A stretch of DNA of 58,538 nucleotides from Desulfobacteraceae bacterium (GTDB lineage Bacteria > Desulfobacterota > DSM-4660 > Desulfatiglandales > Desulfatiglandaceae). The stretch is taken from contig JAUWPC010000001.1 in assembly GCA_030611815.1 (NCBI GenBank), forward strand, positions 1-58,538, read 5' to 3'. Under the pieces are notes generated by a model that worked only from the letters and a program-made list of their open reading frames with translations, did not search any database and was not told where the DNA came from. Both the position numbers and the translations under genes were made by a program. Every line of letters starts with the position of its first letter. Position 1 is the stretch's first letter. Below are positions 44,236 through 53,101 of this stretch, piece by piece.

Positions 44236-46725
44236 TTATTGGGACCGTGTCACATGCCGATAAAACTCAACAAATGATTTTCTCTGCCACTCCTGAAAAA
44301 ACAGATCGTTGTGCCCCCCCTCCACGCATTTAATCTGGTCCGGCGGCACCAATTCTTCTGCATGTTTCAGGGTAATATGGGCAGGAACCACTTGATCATA
44401 AGTTTGGAGGAAAAAACAGACTTTATACCCATAATCCTTCAGTTCTTTTAAAGGCGTTTTAATCCGGTAATGCACAATATCGTTAACTTCCCGCAGACTT
44501 CTAATAATATTGGTCAATGATTTTGCCGTCCACGTGCGAATTCCGACTTTCTCTTTTTTCGCAAAACCCACCTTGTCCGGATGACAAGATTTTGGATTCA
44601 AATACCCTTGAATAACGTGTCTCCATAAGAAGCGAAAAATGTGTTTTGGCATGTTTAAATTTTCATCGAATCCTGGGGGGTTAACCAAAATAATGCATTT
44701 CACAAAATCCTTATACCGATGTGGATCTTCCTGAAGCACTCTAACCAATTCAAACGCCGAGTAAGATTGTGCAACAATGTTGATTTCCTTAACCCCGTGG
44801 GAGTTTCGTAAATGCCCCATATAATCCTTTAACGCTTCCGGCCTTTCTTTCGCGGGGTTTATTCGAAAATCGAAGGCCCTCCCAATCGGGTTTTCAAGGG
44901 AAGCCACTTCGTTCCCGGCTTCCAAGAGAGATTTGATCAGTCTCTTTCGATCCGAAATGGGTATGCTTGTCCCACCAAGAAGCAATATCGGCTTATGCAG
45001 CTTTTCGCTGGGGACCTGGAAGCCATATTTCCGAAGATCAATACCATCGACGTAAAACGTTCCATACCCTTTTTGCCCTCGACGGTTTTTTTCCGGGACT
45101 ATTTGATATGGGCTGCTTAAGAGCTTGTCCTCGTCGCCAAGACTTACGTTTTCGGTGATAAACCGGCCTTCTTCCCGACGGGCAAAGTCATCGTAATCGA
45201 GACAAATTGAAATCAGCTCCATGGCGTAGAAGGTGCCTTTGCCAAGCAGTAGATAAGGCATCTTGTAAAGCGACCATGCGGCAGGTTTCACGCGTACTCT
45301 ACCACGCAAAAACAAGACAAGCAGGGCGAAAAGAAAGCCTCCAAGTGCGGGTAAGCGGAGATAGAAAGGGAGGGATAAGCGACCTCCAAATTTCAACAAC
45401 GGCTTTCCGCGTTCATACGACGAGCGGTAGTTGAAAATCGACCGGCAAAGCCATACATACATCTCTTCCAACTGTTCTTTCGCAATATCTTTTGGCTTAA
45501 ACACCACATTTCGAATGTTATACTTCTGAGGATTGCGTTTTAGCAGTCTTTTTTCTTTGACGAACTCATCACGCAGTTCCGTGCCAGGGTATGGCGTCAA
45601 AATATTCACCAGCACGTGCAAAAGATTATTTTCATCCAGAAAGGACTTTAAGGTTTTCGTGCTTTCCCATGTGGTTCCGTCTTCTCCGATAATCGTGGAA
45701 GCAATCACGCGGATACCGTGCTTCTGTATATTCCCTACCGCCTCGGCATACTGTTTTGGCACATTCATCTGCTTATTCATTTTCCTCAGAATATCAGGAT
45801 CAACGCTTTCGATGCCTACGAATACATGAAGGCAATTCGAGTTTGTCATGGCTTCCAGCAGCTCTTCGTCAAATCCGACCCCTATATTTACCTGCGTGTA
45901 CCACCCGATTATAATGTTATGGTCTTCCTGATACTTTGTTAAGGCATCGCATATGGCGAGTGCATGGTTTCGGTCTACGGCGAAGTTGTCGTCTATAAAG
46001 GCGATGTTACCCACAAATTTCTTGCACCGCCCGTCTTTCCTGTCATGAAATACAAACTCCTTCTTTCCCTTTAGCTTAAGTAGAGAATGCAATTCACCTA
46101 TTACCTGTTCCGGCGATTTCTTGCGTATTTTTCGTCCATTTTGTTTGGTAACCGTGCAGAACTTGCAATTGTACGGACACCCTCGGGTCGTTTGCAGGTA
46201 CGTGTATACATAACTGCCATTTTTCACCAAATCATACCTTGGAATTTTTGACCCTTCCAGATTGGGAAATCCATCGGCCTTATAGATTTGGTTTAATTTT
46301 CCGTTTTCAGTGTCAGAAATAACTGCCTCCCATATGTCCTCTGCCTCGCCAACCACAACGCTATCAACATATCGCAAAGCTTCATCCGGGCACATGGAAG
46401 CATGTATACCTCCCATTACCACTTTCGCACCGCGCTCTTTGAATTCGCTCGCGATTTCATACGCCCGTTTAGCTTTAAACGTCATTGAAGTAACGCCTAC
46501 TAAATCGACCGGCTCGTCAAAGTCGATTTTCTCTATTTCCTCGTCGATAATCTTCACCTCGTGATGAGAAGGCGTGTGTGCCGCCAGTGTAGGAAGGGCA
46601 AGGGGCATCCCCAAGGTGACTTTCTTAAAGGGCTGCATCGTAAATAGCGCGCTAGCCACGTCAGTTGTATATAAATCACGCCCTTCTTCGACGGCACAAC
46701 TAGGATTTATTAGAAATATTTTCAA
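44236..46725 (-). CDS. Fusion protein: B12-binding radical SAM enzyme, hydrophobic linker and alpha/beta-hydrolase domain
   Basis: (M)KIFLINP..., a B12-type Rossmann region (VGVTSM...GGIHAS) and a CxxxCxxC cluster (GCPYNCKFC). TM-like LPFYLRLPALGGFLFALLVLFL follows. The C-terminal ~280 aa carries PILLLGG, AQSYS (nucleophile elbow), TYDQVVP and GGHNDLF. A TTG start at 46725 follows GGGGAG. Confidence 0.8.
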   Translation of the reverse strand: MKIFLINPSCAVEEGRDLYTTDVASALFTMQPFKKVTLGMPLALPTLAAHTPSHHEVKIIDEEIEKIDFDEPVDLVGVTSMTFKAKRAYEIASEFKERGAKVVMGGIHASMCPDEALRYVDSVVVGEAEDIWEAVISDTENGKLNQIYKADGFPNLEGSKIPRYDLVKNGSYVYTYLQTTRGCPYNCKFCTVTKQNGRKIRKKSPEQVIGELHSLLKLKGKKEFVFHDRKDGRCKKFVGNIAFIDDNFAVDRNHALAICDALTKYQEDHNIIIGWYTQVNIGVGFDEELLEAMTNSNCLHVFVGIESVDPDILRKMNKQMNVPKQYAEAVGNIQKHGIRVIASTIIGEDGTTWESTKTLKSFLDENNLLHVLVNILTPYPGTELRDEFVKEKRLLKRNPQKYNIRNVVFKPKDIAKEQLEEMYVWLCRSIFNYRSSYERGKPLLKFGGRLSLPFYLRLPALGGFLFALLVLFLRGRVRVKPAAWSLYKMPYLLLGKGTFYAMELISICLDYDDFARREEGRFITENVSLGDEDKLLSSPYQIVPEKNRRGQKGYGTFYVDGIDLRKYGFQVPSEKLHKPILLLGGTSIPISDRKRLIKSLLEAGNEVASLENPIGRAFDFRINPAKERPEALKDYMGHLRNSHGVKEINIVAQSYSAFELVRVLQEDPHRYKDFVKCIILVNPPGFDENLNMPKHIFRFLWRHVIQGYLNPKSCHPDKVGFAKKEKVGIRTWTAKSLTNIIRSLREVNDIVHYRIKTPLKELKDYGYKVCFFLQTYDQVVPAHITLKHAEELVPPDQIKCVEGGHNDLFFQEWQRKSFVEFYRHVTRSQ

Positions 46726-47352
46726 TGTTAGGCTCCCCAAACGGAAACGACATTCAGTTCCCGAAAAAGATAGTTTTGCCAAGGAATATCGTGCGATGCG
46801 TAATCGAATTCAATACCCCTTGAACTCACCGCACTCCATTCACTGTTACCGATCGTACCTCGGACATTCCTGATTGCCAAGACTGCCCAATAAGATATGA
46901 CGCCCGATCAATCCTATATAAAAGATGGTGAACTATACAGAAAAATTCAGAAAAAGTAAAGATATAACTACTCAATTGACACAAAAGGATCCAAGGAATC
47001 AAGGTTTAGAGGGACCGGCATAAAATCACAGCTTTGTCTATATCCGAATTTGTGAAAAGCCATAAGGCATTAAAATACATCATATTATTGGTCACTGCTG
47101 TCCGTTAACTTTTTATTATGGGCTGTAACTTATTGATATACAGACCAATAATCTGCCTAACCCTGTGGAATGGTTATCCTTTTTTAATCATAACCTTCCC
47201 CTGCTGGTGGACTTTTGTGAAGAGGTCCGGGAGGAGGTATCGATCCAGCACCGCCTGAACAGGTCCCAGACCAGGGGGTTGGCTGAGTTACTTACCCCAG
47301 AAATTATAAACCAAAGATTGACATTGTCTCTATAATGCCATACACTACGAGT

Positions 47353-47634
47353 ATGGAAATATTTAGTTGGAATGCGGAAAAAAATGAAATTCTTGTCAGG
47401 GAAAGAGTAATTACATTTGAAGAAATAGTTCGTAAAATTGAATCCGGAGCTAAAGTTATTGAAACAGATCCTCCCAACAAGAAAAAATATCCAAATCAAA
47501 AAATACTGATAGTTGATATGGATGGATATGCCTATTTAGTTCCATGTGTTATAGATAAGAACGAGTATTTTCTTAAAACGATTATTCCCAGCAGGAAGGC
47601 GACCAAGAAATACCTTGGAGGAAAAAATGGCTAA
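47353..47634 (+). CDS. brnT: BrnT-family (DUF497) ribonuclease toxin
   Basis: MEIFSWNAEKNEILVRERVITFEEI...FLKTIIPSRKATKKY matches the BrnT pattern (F.WD..K...N..KHG.SFEE ... IISARKAT..E). Its stop overlaps the downstream start (ATGGCTAA). Confidence 0.72.
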   Translation: MEIFSWNAEKNEILVRERVITFEEIVRKIESGAKVIETDPPNKKKYPNQKILIVDMDGYAYLVPCVIDKNEYFLKTIIPSRKATKKYLGGKNG

Positions 47635-47905
47635 AAAACAAAAAAGAATAATCCTTGATGAATACGAGAAAGAAATCTTAGAGGCATACGAAGATGGGAG
47701 ATTAAAGCCCTCGAAATCGCAGGCTGATTACCAAGCAATAGCCAGGAACACAATGAAAAAGAACCGCAAGATCAATATAAGAATTTCAGAAAATGACCTT
47801 TCCGCCTTACAAAGAAGAGCTGCAAGGGAAGGCATCCCCTACCAAACATTAATCGGAAGTGTGCTTCACAAATACGCCAGTGGATTTTTAAAAGAAGCCA
47901 TATAA
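47627..47905 (+). CDS. brnA: BrnA/CopG-type antitoxin
   Basis: KINIRISENDLSALQRRAAREGIPYQTLIGSVLHKYASGFL is the typical RHH C-terminal module. GGAGGA lies upstream of the ATG. Confidence 0.72.
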   Translation: MAKKQKRIILDEYEKEILEAYEDGRLKPSKSQADYQAIARNTMKKNRKINIRISENDLSALQRRAAREGIPYQTLIGSVLHKYASGFLKEAI

Positions 47906-48041
47906 CAAAACCAACGCCACCAGTACCCAATCAGACGTTTGAACAGGTGTGCCGGTTCGCAGGGGCTGTCATCATTTTCCCCAAGTCGGGGGGCAGCTCA
48001 TCTCGCGGCCGTTATGCCGAAAAAACGAAACGAGAAATGAC

Positions 48042-48860
48042 ATGCTTAGAGTTGGATTTTTTCAGTTTGCTCCAAAGTTTGGGGAAGTGGCAACTAACCT
48101 ATCGAAGGTAGTGTCTGCTTTGCGCGGCGCTAAAGCAGATATCATTGTTTTACCGGAACTCCCGTTCACTGGATACTTCTTTCAGGATCGATCCGAACTT
48201 GCTTCCCTGGCACAAGACCCGGCCAAGTCTCCAACTGTTTCCAGCCTGATTGCATTGTGTCGCGACCATGACTTCTTACTGGTTACCGGATTTGCCGAAA
48301 AAAGTGCTGACAAGATATTCAACAGCGCTTTAGTCATTGGGGGCGATGGCATTCTCCATACTTACCGCAAGTTACACCTCTTTAACACAGAAAAGGAATA
48401 TTTCGATCCTGGTGACACTCCCCTCGATACGATTGAGTCGCGTGGTGTAAAACTTGGCATAATGGTCTGTTTCGATTGGGCATTCCCAGAGGTTGCACGA
48501 GTGCTTGCCCTGCAAGGTGCTGATCTCCTGTGTCATCCATCCAATTTGGTTCTTACATACTGCCAACAGACCATGCTCACACGCTGCTTAGAAAATTCTG
48601 TTTTTGCAGTCACTGCAAATCGATTTGGTTCGGACATTAGCCCGAGGGGCACTTTGACTTTTACCGGTCAAAGTCAATTGGCGGGGCCAGAGGGCGAATT
48701 GGTTTATCGTGCGAAACCCACGGAGGAGGAACTTTTTATAGCTGAGATCGACTTGAGCAAGGCTCGGGATAAGTCAATGACTCAAAGGAATGATTTGCTT
48801 GAAGACCGTCGTCCCGAATACTACACTGCATTAATTGAGAATTATACAACCATGACATAA
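48042..48860 (+). CDS. Carbon-nitrogen hydrolase (nitrilase superfamily) protein
   Basis: Glu-Lys-Cys triad context: VLPELPFTGY, YRKLHLF, GIMVCFDWAFPE. Confidence 0.85.
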   Translation: MLRVGFFQFAPKFGEVATNLSKVVSALRGAKADIIVLPELPFTGYFFQDRSELASLAQDPAKSPTVSSLIALCRDHDFLLVTGFAEKSADKIFNSALVIGGDGILHTYRKLHLFNTEKEYFDPGDTPLDTIESRGVKLGIMVCFDWAFPEVARVLALQGADLLCHPSNLVLTYCQQTMLTRCLENSVFAVTANRFGSDISPRGTLTFTGQSQLAGPEGELVYRAKPTEEELFIAEIDLSKARDKSMTQRNDLLEDRRPEYYTALIENYTTMT

Positions 48861-48907
48861 CAAGGCTCTTGCAGCGGACAAATGAACACTGCGGCTGAAG
48901 AGTCCGG

Positions 48908-50209
48908 CTAAGTGCCTTTCCTGATAATCATTTTGCTGCTCGTTATTAGATAAATCAAAAAAGACATGAGGAGTAAAGCCCCCAACATTTCAGGATCCCT
49001 TGCTTTTATAAGATAGGCAATGATGAATACGATAATAAAACCAAATATAACAATAAAGACTCGTGGAACACGCCGTAATATCACCCTTCCAAAATGAACA
49101 AACCTAATATGGCTCACAAGCAGGTAAGAGATTAAAAGGATAACGGCCCATATCATCCACAAATTTTCCCAGAATAAACAAGTACCCAAAGCAACCATAG
49201 CGCCAGCAGGGCTGGGCAATCCATTAAAGACACCAGGGGGCAGCGTCTTGTCATCCTTGTCATGGGTCAGATATCGCCATAAACGAAACCCTATGGCAAG
49301 GAAGTAGAGAATCCCGAAAATAAAAGAGGGCAGCTCCAAATTACCCTTAAAGAGGATCAATAAGCCCGGGCACATGCCAAAGCTGACCAGATCCGCTATA
49401 TCGTCAAGCCACGGCCCAAACCTTGTTCCTCCATGCTTTTCAGCCATCCTGCCATCAAACAGGTCGAAGATCTGTCCAGCCAAGATAGCAATAGCCGTAT
49501 ATACATATCGACCTTGAAAGACCAGGAATATCCCGGTTATGCCGCATAATAAATTAAAAATCGACAAAATATCTGCATAGAAACGGTTCGGTATGGTTTT
49601 GAAAACACTCGATGAAATTGACAAAACGATGCATACATAAAGCATTTGCGCTGAAAAATCCGGGATTTGGAAGGCATCACCCAGAAGCGCGCAGTAAATG
49701 ATCAAGGCAAAGCACAACACCGCTTTAATCTTTCCAAAATTATTCGCAGCCACAGAGAATTTTGTAAAACGCTTAATAATATATCTGATCAAGAACTGCC
49801 CGCAAGCTTCTGTGATCACTAGGACCCATACTGCCGTCAAATTCAGCAGGCCCATATAAGCGAAAAAAACCATGGGAGGTAGATAGGTTAATTTGTCACA
49901 TAGGGGATCGATTTCTTCGCCAAAAGGGGTTATAAGGTCGCATCTCCTGGCTATTAGTCCGTCAACACCGTCTAAGACCGCTGAAACGGTAAACAATAGG
50001 ATGCCCCAGGCGTGCTGTCCGGCCACAAAATATAGCAATATACCTGACAGACCGATGAATACTCTCCAGACACAGATTGCATTTGGGTGGTAATACCAAT
50101 GTCTGCCCATATAGCCTCTAACTCTCTCGCTTTTTAAGGCGACCACAAAACCCAGATACATCAGGAGAGAAAAAGACACTGATATGATAATTGAAACAAC
50201 CTTATCCAT
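48908..50209 (-). CDS. Tandem fusion of two CDP-alcohol phosphatidyltransferase domains (PgsA-like N-half, PssA-like C-half)
   Basis: Motif 1 is DGVDGLIARRCDLITPFGEEIDPLCDKL (aa ~79-106). Motif 2 is DLFDGRMAEKHGGTRFGPWLDDIADLVSFG (aa ~249-278). The protein is polytopic throughout. Confidence 0.8.
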   Translation of the reverse strand: MDKVVSIIISVSFSLLMYLGFVVALKSERVRGYMGRHWYYHPNAICVWRVFIGLSGILLYFVAGQHAWGILLFTVSAVLDGVDGLIARRCDLITPFGEEIDPLCDKLTYLPPMVFFAYMGLLNLTAVWVLVITEACGQFLIRYIIKRFTKFSVAANNFGKIKAVLCFALIIYCALLGDAFQIPDFSAQMLYVCIVLSISSSVFKTIPNRFYADILSIFNLLCGITGIFLVFQGRYVYTAIAILAGQIFDLFDGRMAEKHGGTRFGPWLDDIADLVSFGMCPGLLILFKGNLELPSFIFGILYFLAIGFRLWRYLTHDKDDKTLPPGVFNGLPSPAGAMVALGTCLFWENLWMIWAVILLISYLLVSHIRFVHFGRVILRRVPRVFIVIFGFIIVFIIAYLIKARDPEMLGALLLMSFLIYLITSSKMIIRKGT

Positions 50210-50558
50210 TGAAGTTCTCTACCATAATTTGAAAATTACATCCTTTTTGGTGGTCCAAGCGTTGATGGTCTCGTAAAAAGTCTCCAAGGCAGTCTTTCGT
50301 AAGAGATCCGAAACGTCATGGTGAAGCGATAAGAACCTCCTTTTTGTAGAGTAGCATAAGCAGAAATGGATTTGTGTGTCAAGGGTAAGAGCATATAAAA
50401 TCGGGCGGCATATAGTTCAAGATGTTGTGGTGCCTGGCGTATATGATTTTATCAAAAAGGAAGCCACAATTCCAAACGGGTAGCCGCCTTCTTCAGTTTA
50501 CATTTACGACGATAGTGTGTTATGGTCGTTTAAAATTACCCCCTTGAGAGAAACAGAA

Positions 50559-51212
50559 ATGGCCCGCAAACTTGATTACCGCCTGGCCAGGGAAAAGATG
50601 GTCAAGGCCCAACTGATTCCACGTGGGATTAAGGACCAAAGAGTTTTAGAGGCTATGGAAAAGGTCCCAAGAGACCGCTTTGTGGAAGAGGCCCTGGTGG
50701 GGGAAGCGTATAACGACCATCCATTGCCTATCGGCCATAAGCAGACCATTTCACAACCTTATATTGTGGCCCTTATGACAGAGGCCTTAGCGCTCAAAGG
50801 GGATGAAAAGGTCCTTGAAATCGGCACAGGAAGCGGGTATCAGACTGCCATTTTGGCCGAATTGTCCTACAAGGTCTATACTGTTGAAAGAATCAGGGCC
50901 TTGATGGTCGGAGCAAGGGATATTCTGGCCCGGTTGAATTATAATACTATACTGTTTAAGGCCTTTGACGGTACATTGGGCTGGAAGGAATATGAGCCCT
51001 ATGACGCCATCATTGTCACCGCAGGCTCGCCCAAGCTTCCCCAGCCGCTTCTTGATCAACTTGCCGAAGGAGGCCGCCTCATTATTCCGACCGGGGACAG
51101 GTCCAGCCAGGAGCTGATAAAAGTCACAAAAAGGAAGGGTAACTATATTGAGAAAAACTTAGGCGGCTGCCGTTTTGTGAATCTAATTGGGGTTCACGGT
51201 TGGAATGAATAG
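50559..51212 (+). CDS. pcm: Protein-L-isoaspartate O-methyltransferase
   Basis: TISQPYIVALMTE, VLEIGTGSGYQTAILA and a LIIPTG...Q.L C-terminus. Confidence 0.9.
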   Translation: MARKLDYRLAREKMVKAQLIPRGIKDQRVLEAMEKVPRDRFVEEALVGEAYNDHPLPIGHKQTISQPYIVALMTEALALKGDEKVLEIGTGSGYQTAILAELSYKVYTVERIRALMVGARDILARLNYNTILFKAFDGTLGWKEYEPYDAIIVTAGSPKLPQPLLDQLAEGGRLIIPTGDRSSQELIKVTKRKGNYIEKNLGGCRFVNLIGVHGWNE

Positions 51213-51241
51213 AAATTCATAGTTAAGGAGATAACCGTCAA

Positions 51242-51598
51242 ATGAACACACGAGAAGCCATTATGGCCTTTTCTCAGAGCGAAAAGATAAAATCAGGCAT
51301 TATCTGGGTCTCCCATGCCCTTGAACTGCTTAGAGGCCTTCCAATACCCGAGAAACCTGGGGCGGAAAAGACCATTAAGATGAAAATCGACATGATCGTG
51401 CAGGAGATACGATTAGCCAAGAACGTCACAGGGGATCCTGACTGGAACGATATTGAAGCAGTTATTGATCAGGCAATGGTGATGATCAATTCCGGCGTTG
51501 CCCCCGAATCTGTAGTTCATCTCACCCAGGCCTTGAGCAGGGTGACAAGTATTGGCCACCGTTCCATGTCCATCCTGAAAGAAAAGGGGCTCCTTTAG
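51242..51598 (+). CDS. Hypothetical protein
   Basis: 118-aa ORF, co-directional and tightly spaced with pcm. No motif recognised. Confidence 0.5.
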   Translation: MNTREAIMAFSQSEKIKSGIIWVSHALELLRGLPIPEKPGAEKTIKMKIDMIVQEIRLAKNVTGDPDWNDIEAVIDQAMVMINSGVAPESVVHLTQALSRVTSIGHRSMSILKEKGLL

Positions 51599-51698
51599 GA
51601 TTGTTGATTGTAGATTGCGGATTGTTTACCCGGTGAAATCCCTGCCAGATCGGGGGCCCCATTTCACCGGAACTGATTGAAGCAAAGGAGGTTTTGAA

Positions 51699-52181
51699 AT
51701 GCAGATACTGGTTCTTTATTTTTCAAAAGGTGGAAATACCAAAAAACTGGCTGAGGCCATCGCCAAAGGTGTCGAAGAGGTCGAAGGTGTCAAAGCGGTC
51801 TTGAAAAAGACCAGTGACGTTACCAAGGAGGATTTCTCGGCCTCTGAGGGCATCATTGCGGGCTCTCCCGTCTATTTCGGGCTAATGGCTGCCGAGTTGA
51901 AGAAGATCTTTGACGATTTCGTGGGTGTTCGCAAGAAAATGGAGGGAAAGGTTGGCGCAGTCTTTGCCACCTCAGGAGACCCCACGGGAGGTAAGGAAAC
52001 CACCATGATGTCCATCATCCAGGTGCTTTTGATCTATGGCATGGTCATAGTGGGGGACCCCATGTCTGCCACCGGGCATTATGGTGTGGCTTGCGTGGGG
52101 GAGCCGGATGCAAAAACCGAAGATAACGGGATGAAGCTCGGCAACAGGGTAGCGGAATTGGCGAAAAAACTCTGCGAATAA
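51699..52181 (+). CDS. Flavodoxin-like NAD(P)H-dependent oxidoreductase (WrbA-like)
   Basis: MQILVLYFSKGGNTKKLAEAIAKG...GSPVYFG; AAAGGAGG SD upstream. Confidence 0.8.
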   Translation: MQILVLYFSKGGNTKKLAEAIAKGVEEVEGVKAVLKKTSDVTKEDFSASEGIIAGSPVYFGLMAAELKKIFDDFVGVRKKMEGKVGAVFATSGDPTGGKETTMMSIIQVLLIYGMVIVGDPMSATGHYGVACVGEPDAKTEDNGMKLGNRVAELAKKLCE

Positions 52182-52200
52182 AAACGAGGTCTCACTGATA

Positions 52201-52950
52201 ATGAATCAAGACGTCCTGAGAAGTCTATTGGAACGCCTCAGCAGAGGCGAGATAACAGTCGAAGACTCTCTTGAAAGGCTCAAAAGCCTTCCCTTTGAGG
52301 ATTTGGGGTTTGCCTGCATTGATCACCACCGAGCCCTTAGAAAGGGGCTTTCAGAGGTCATTTTCGGCGAAGGGAAAGAGGTCCAGGGAATTATAGGGAT
52401 AATGGAACAGATGCTTGCTCAGGAAGAAAACGTCCTGGTGACCCGTCTCTCCCGGGAAAAGTCAAAAGAGATCCAGGACCGTTTTCCTGAAAGCACCTAT
52501 TATGAAAAGGGAAGGATGCTGACAGTGATCAGGCGGCCCGTAGAGATTTCGGGCAGGGGGACAATCCTGATCATGACGGCAGGGACGTCAGACATCCCGG
52601 TTGGCGAAGAGGCCGCTGTTGTAGCAAGGTTTATGGGGAATGAAGTGGATACGATCTATGATGTGGGGGTAGCCGGCCTTCACAGGCTCCTTGGACACTG
52701 GGAAAAGATCACTGGGGCCGCTGTTATTGTGGTGGCGGCCGGAATGGAAGGGGCCCTGCCGAGCGTGGTAGGCGGCCTGGTTGACAAACCCGTCATTGCG
52801 GTCCCGACAAGCATAGGCTACGGGGCAAGTTTTCAGGGCATTGCCGCCTTGTTAGGGATGCTAAATTCCTGTGCCGCAGGGGTTACTGTAGTAAATATCG
52901 ATAACGGTTTTGGGGCAGGGTATGCCGCAGGTGTGATAAATAGGGCGTGA
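52201..52950 (+). CDS. larB: Nickel-pincer cofactor biosynthesis protein LarB (AIR carboxylase-like)
   Basis: LGFACIDHHRALRKGLSEVIFGEGK and a C-terminal PurE-like ILIMTAGTSDIPVGEEA...VVAAGMEGALPSVVGGL. Confidence 0.82.
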   Translation: MNQDVLRSLLERLSRGEITVEDSLERLKSLPFEDLGFACIDHHRALRKGLSEVIFGEGKEVQGIIGIMEQMLAQEENVLVTRLSREKSKEIQDRFPESTYYEKGRMLTVIRRPVEISGRGTILIMTAGTSDIPVGEEAAVVARFMGNEVDTIYDVGVAGLHRLLGHWEKITGAAVIVVAAGMEGALPSVVGGLVDKPVIAVPTSIGYGASFQGIAALLGMLNSCAAGVTVVNIDNGFGAGYAAGVINRA

Positions 52951-53101
52951 TTGGATTGTTGATTGTTGCTTGGCGATTGGCGATTGTTGGAGCGCAGCGG
53001 AAATCCCGGTTCATCGGGGGGATGATTGGACGTTTTGGTAATCTGCGTAATCTGCGGATGGAATTGCGGAACCTTCCATCACAAGTATCCAGTATCCAGA
53101 A
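52949..53101. repeat. Short-period arrays between convergent larB and the radical SAM gene
   Basis: gattgga ttgttga ttgttgc ttggcga ttggcga ttgttgg ... taatctgcg taatctgcg gatggaattgcgg ... gtatcca gtatcca gaatcac. Positions 53039-53067 match 30378-30405 in the opposite orientation. Confidence 0.75.

Noticed and set aside
47318-47336. TTGACA plus TATAAT as a promoter pair upstream of brnT
   Set aside because: The two hexamers are only 7 nt apart, so they cannot act as a -35/-10 pair. The TATAAT alone may still be a -10 element.
47188-47499. 103-aa minus-strand ORF overlapping brnT
   Set aside because: It is antisense to a recognisable toxin gene, has a hydrophobic and low-complexity translation, and has no SD.
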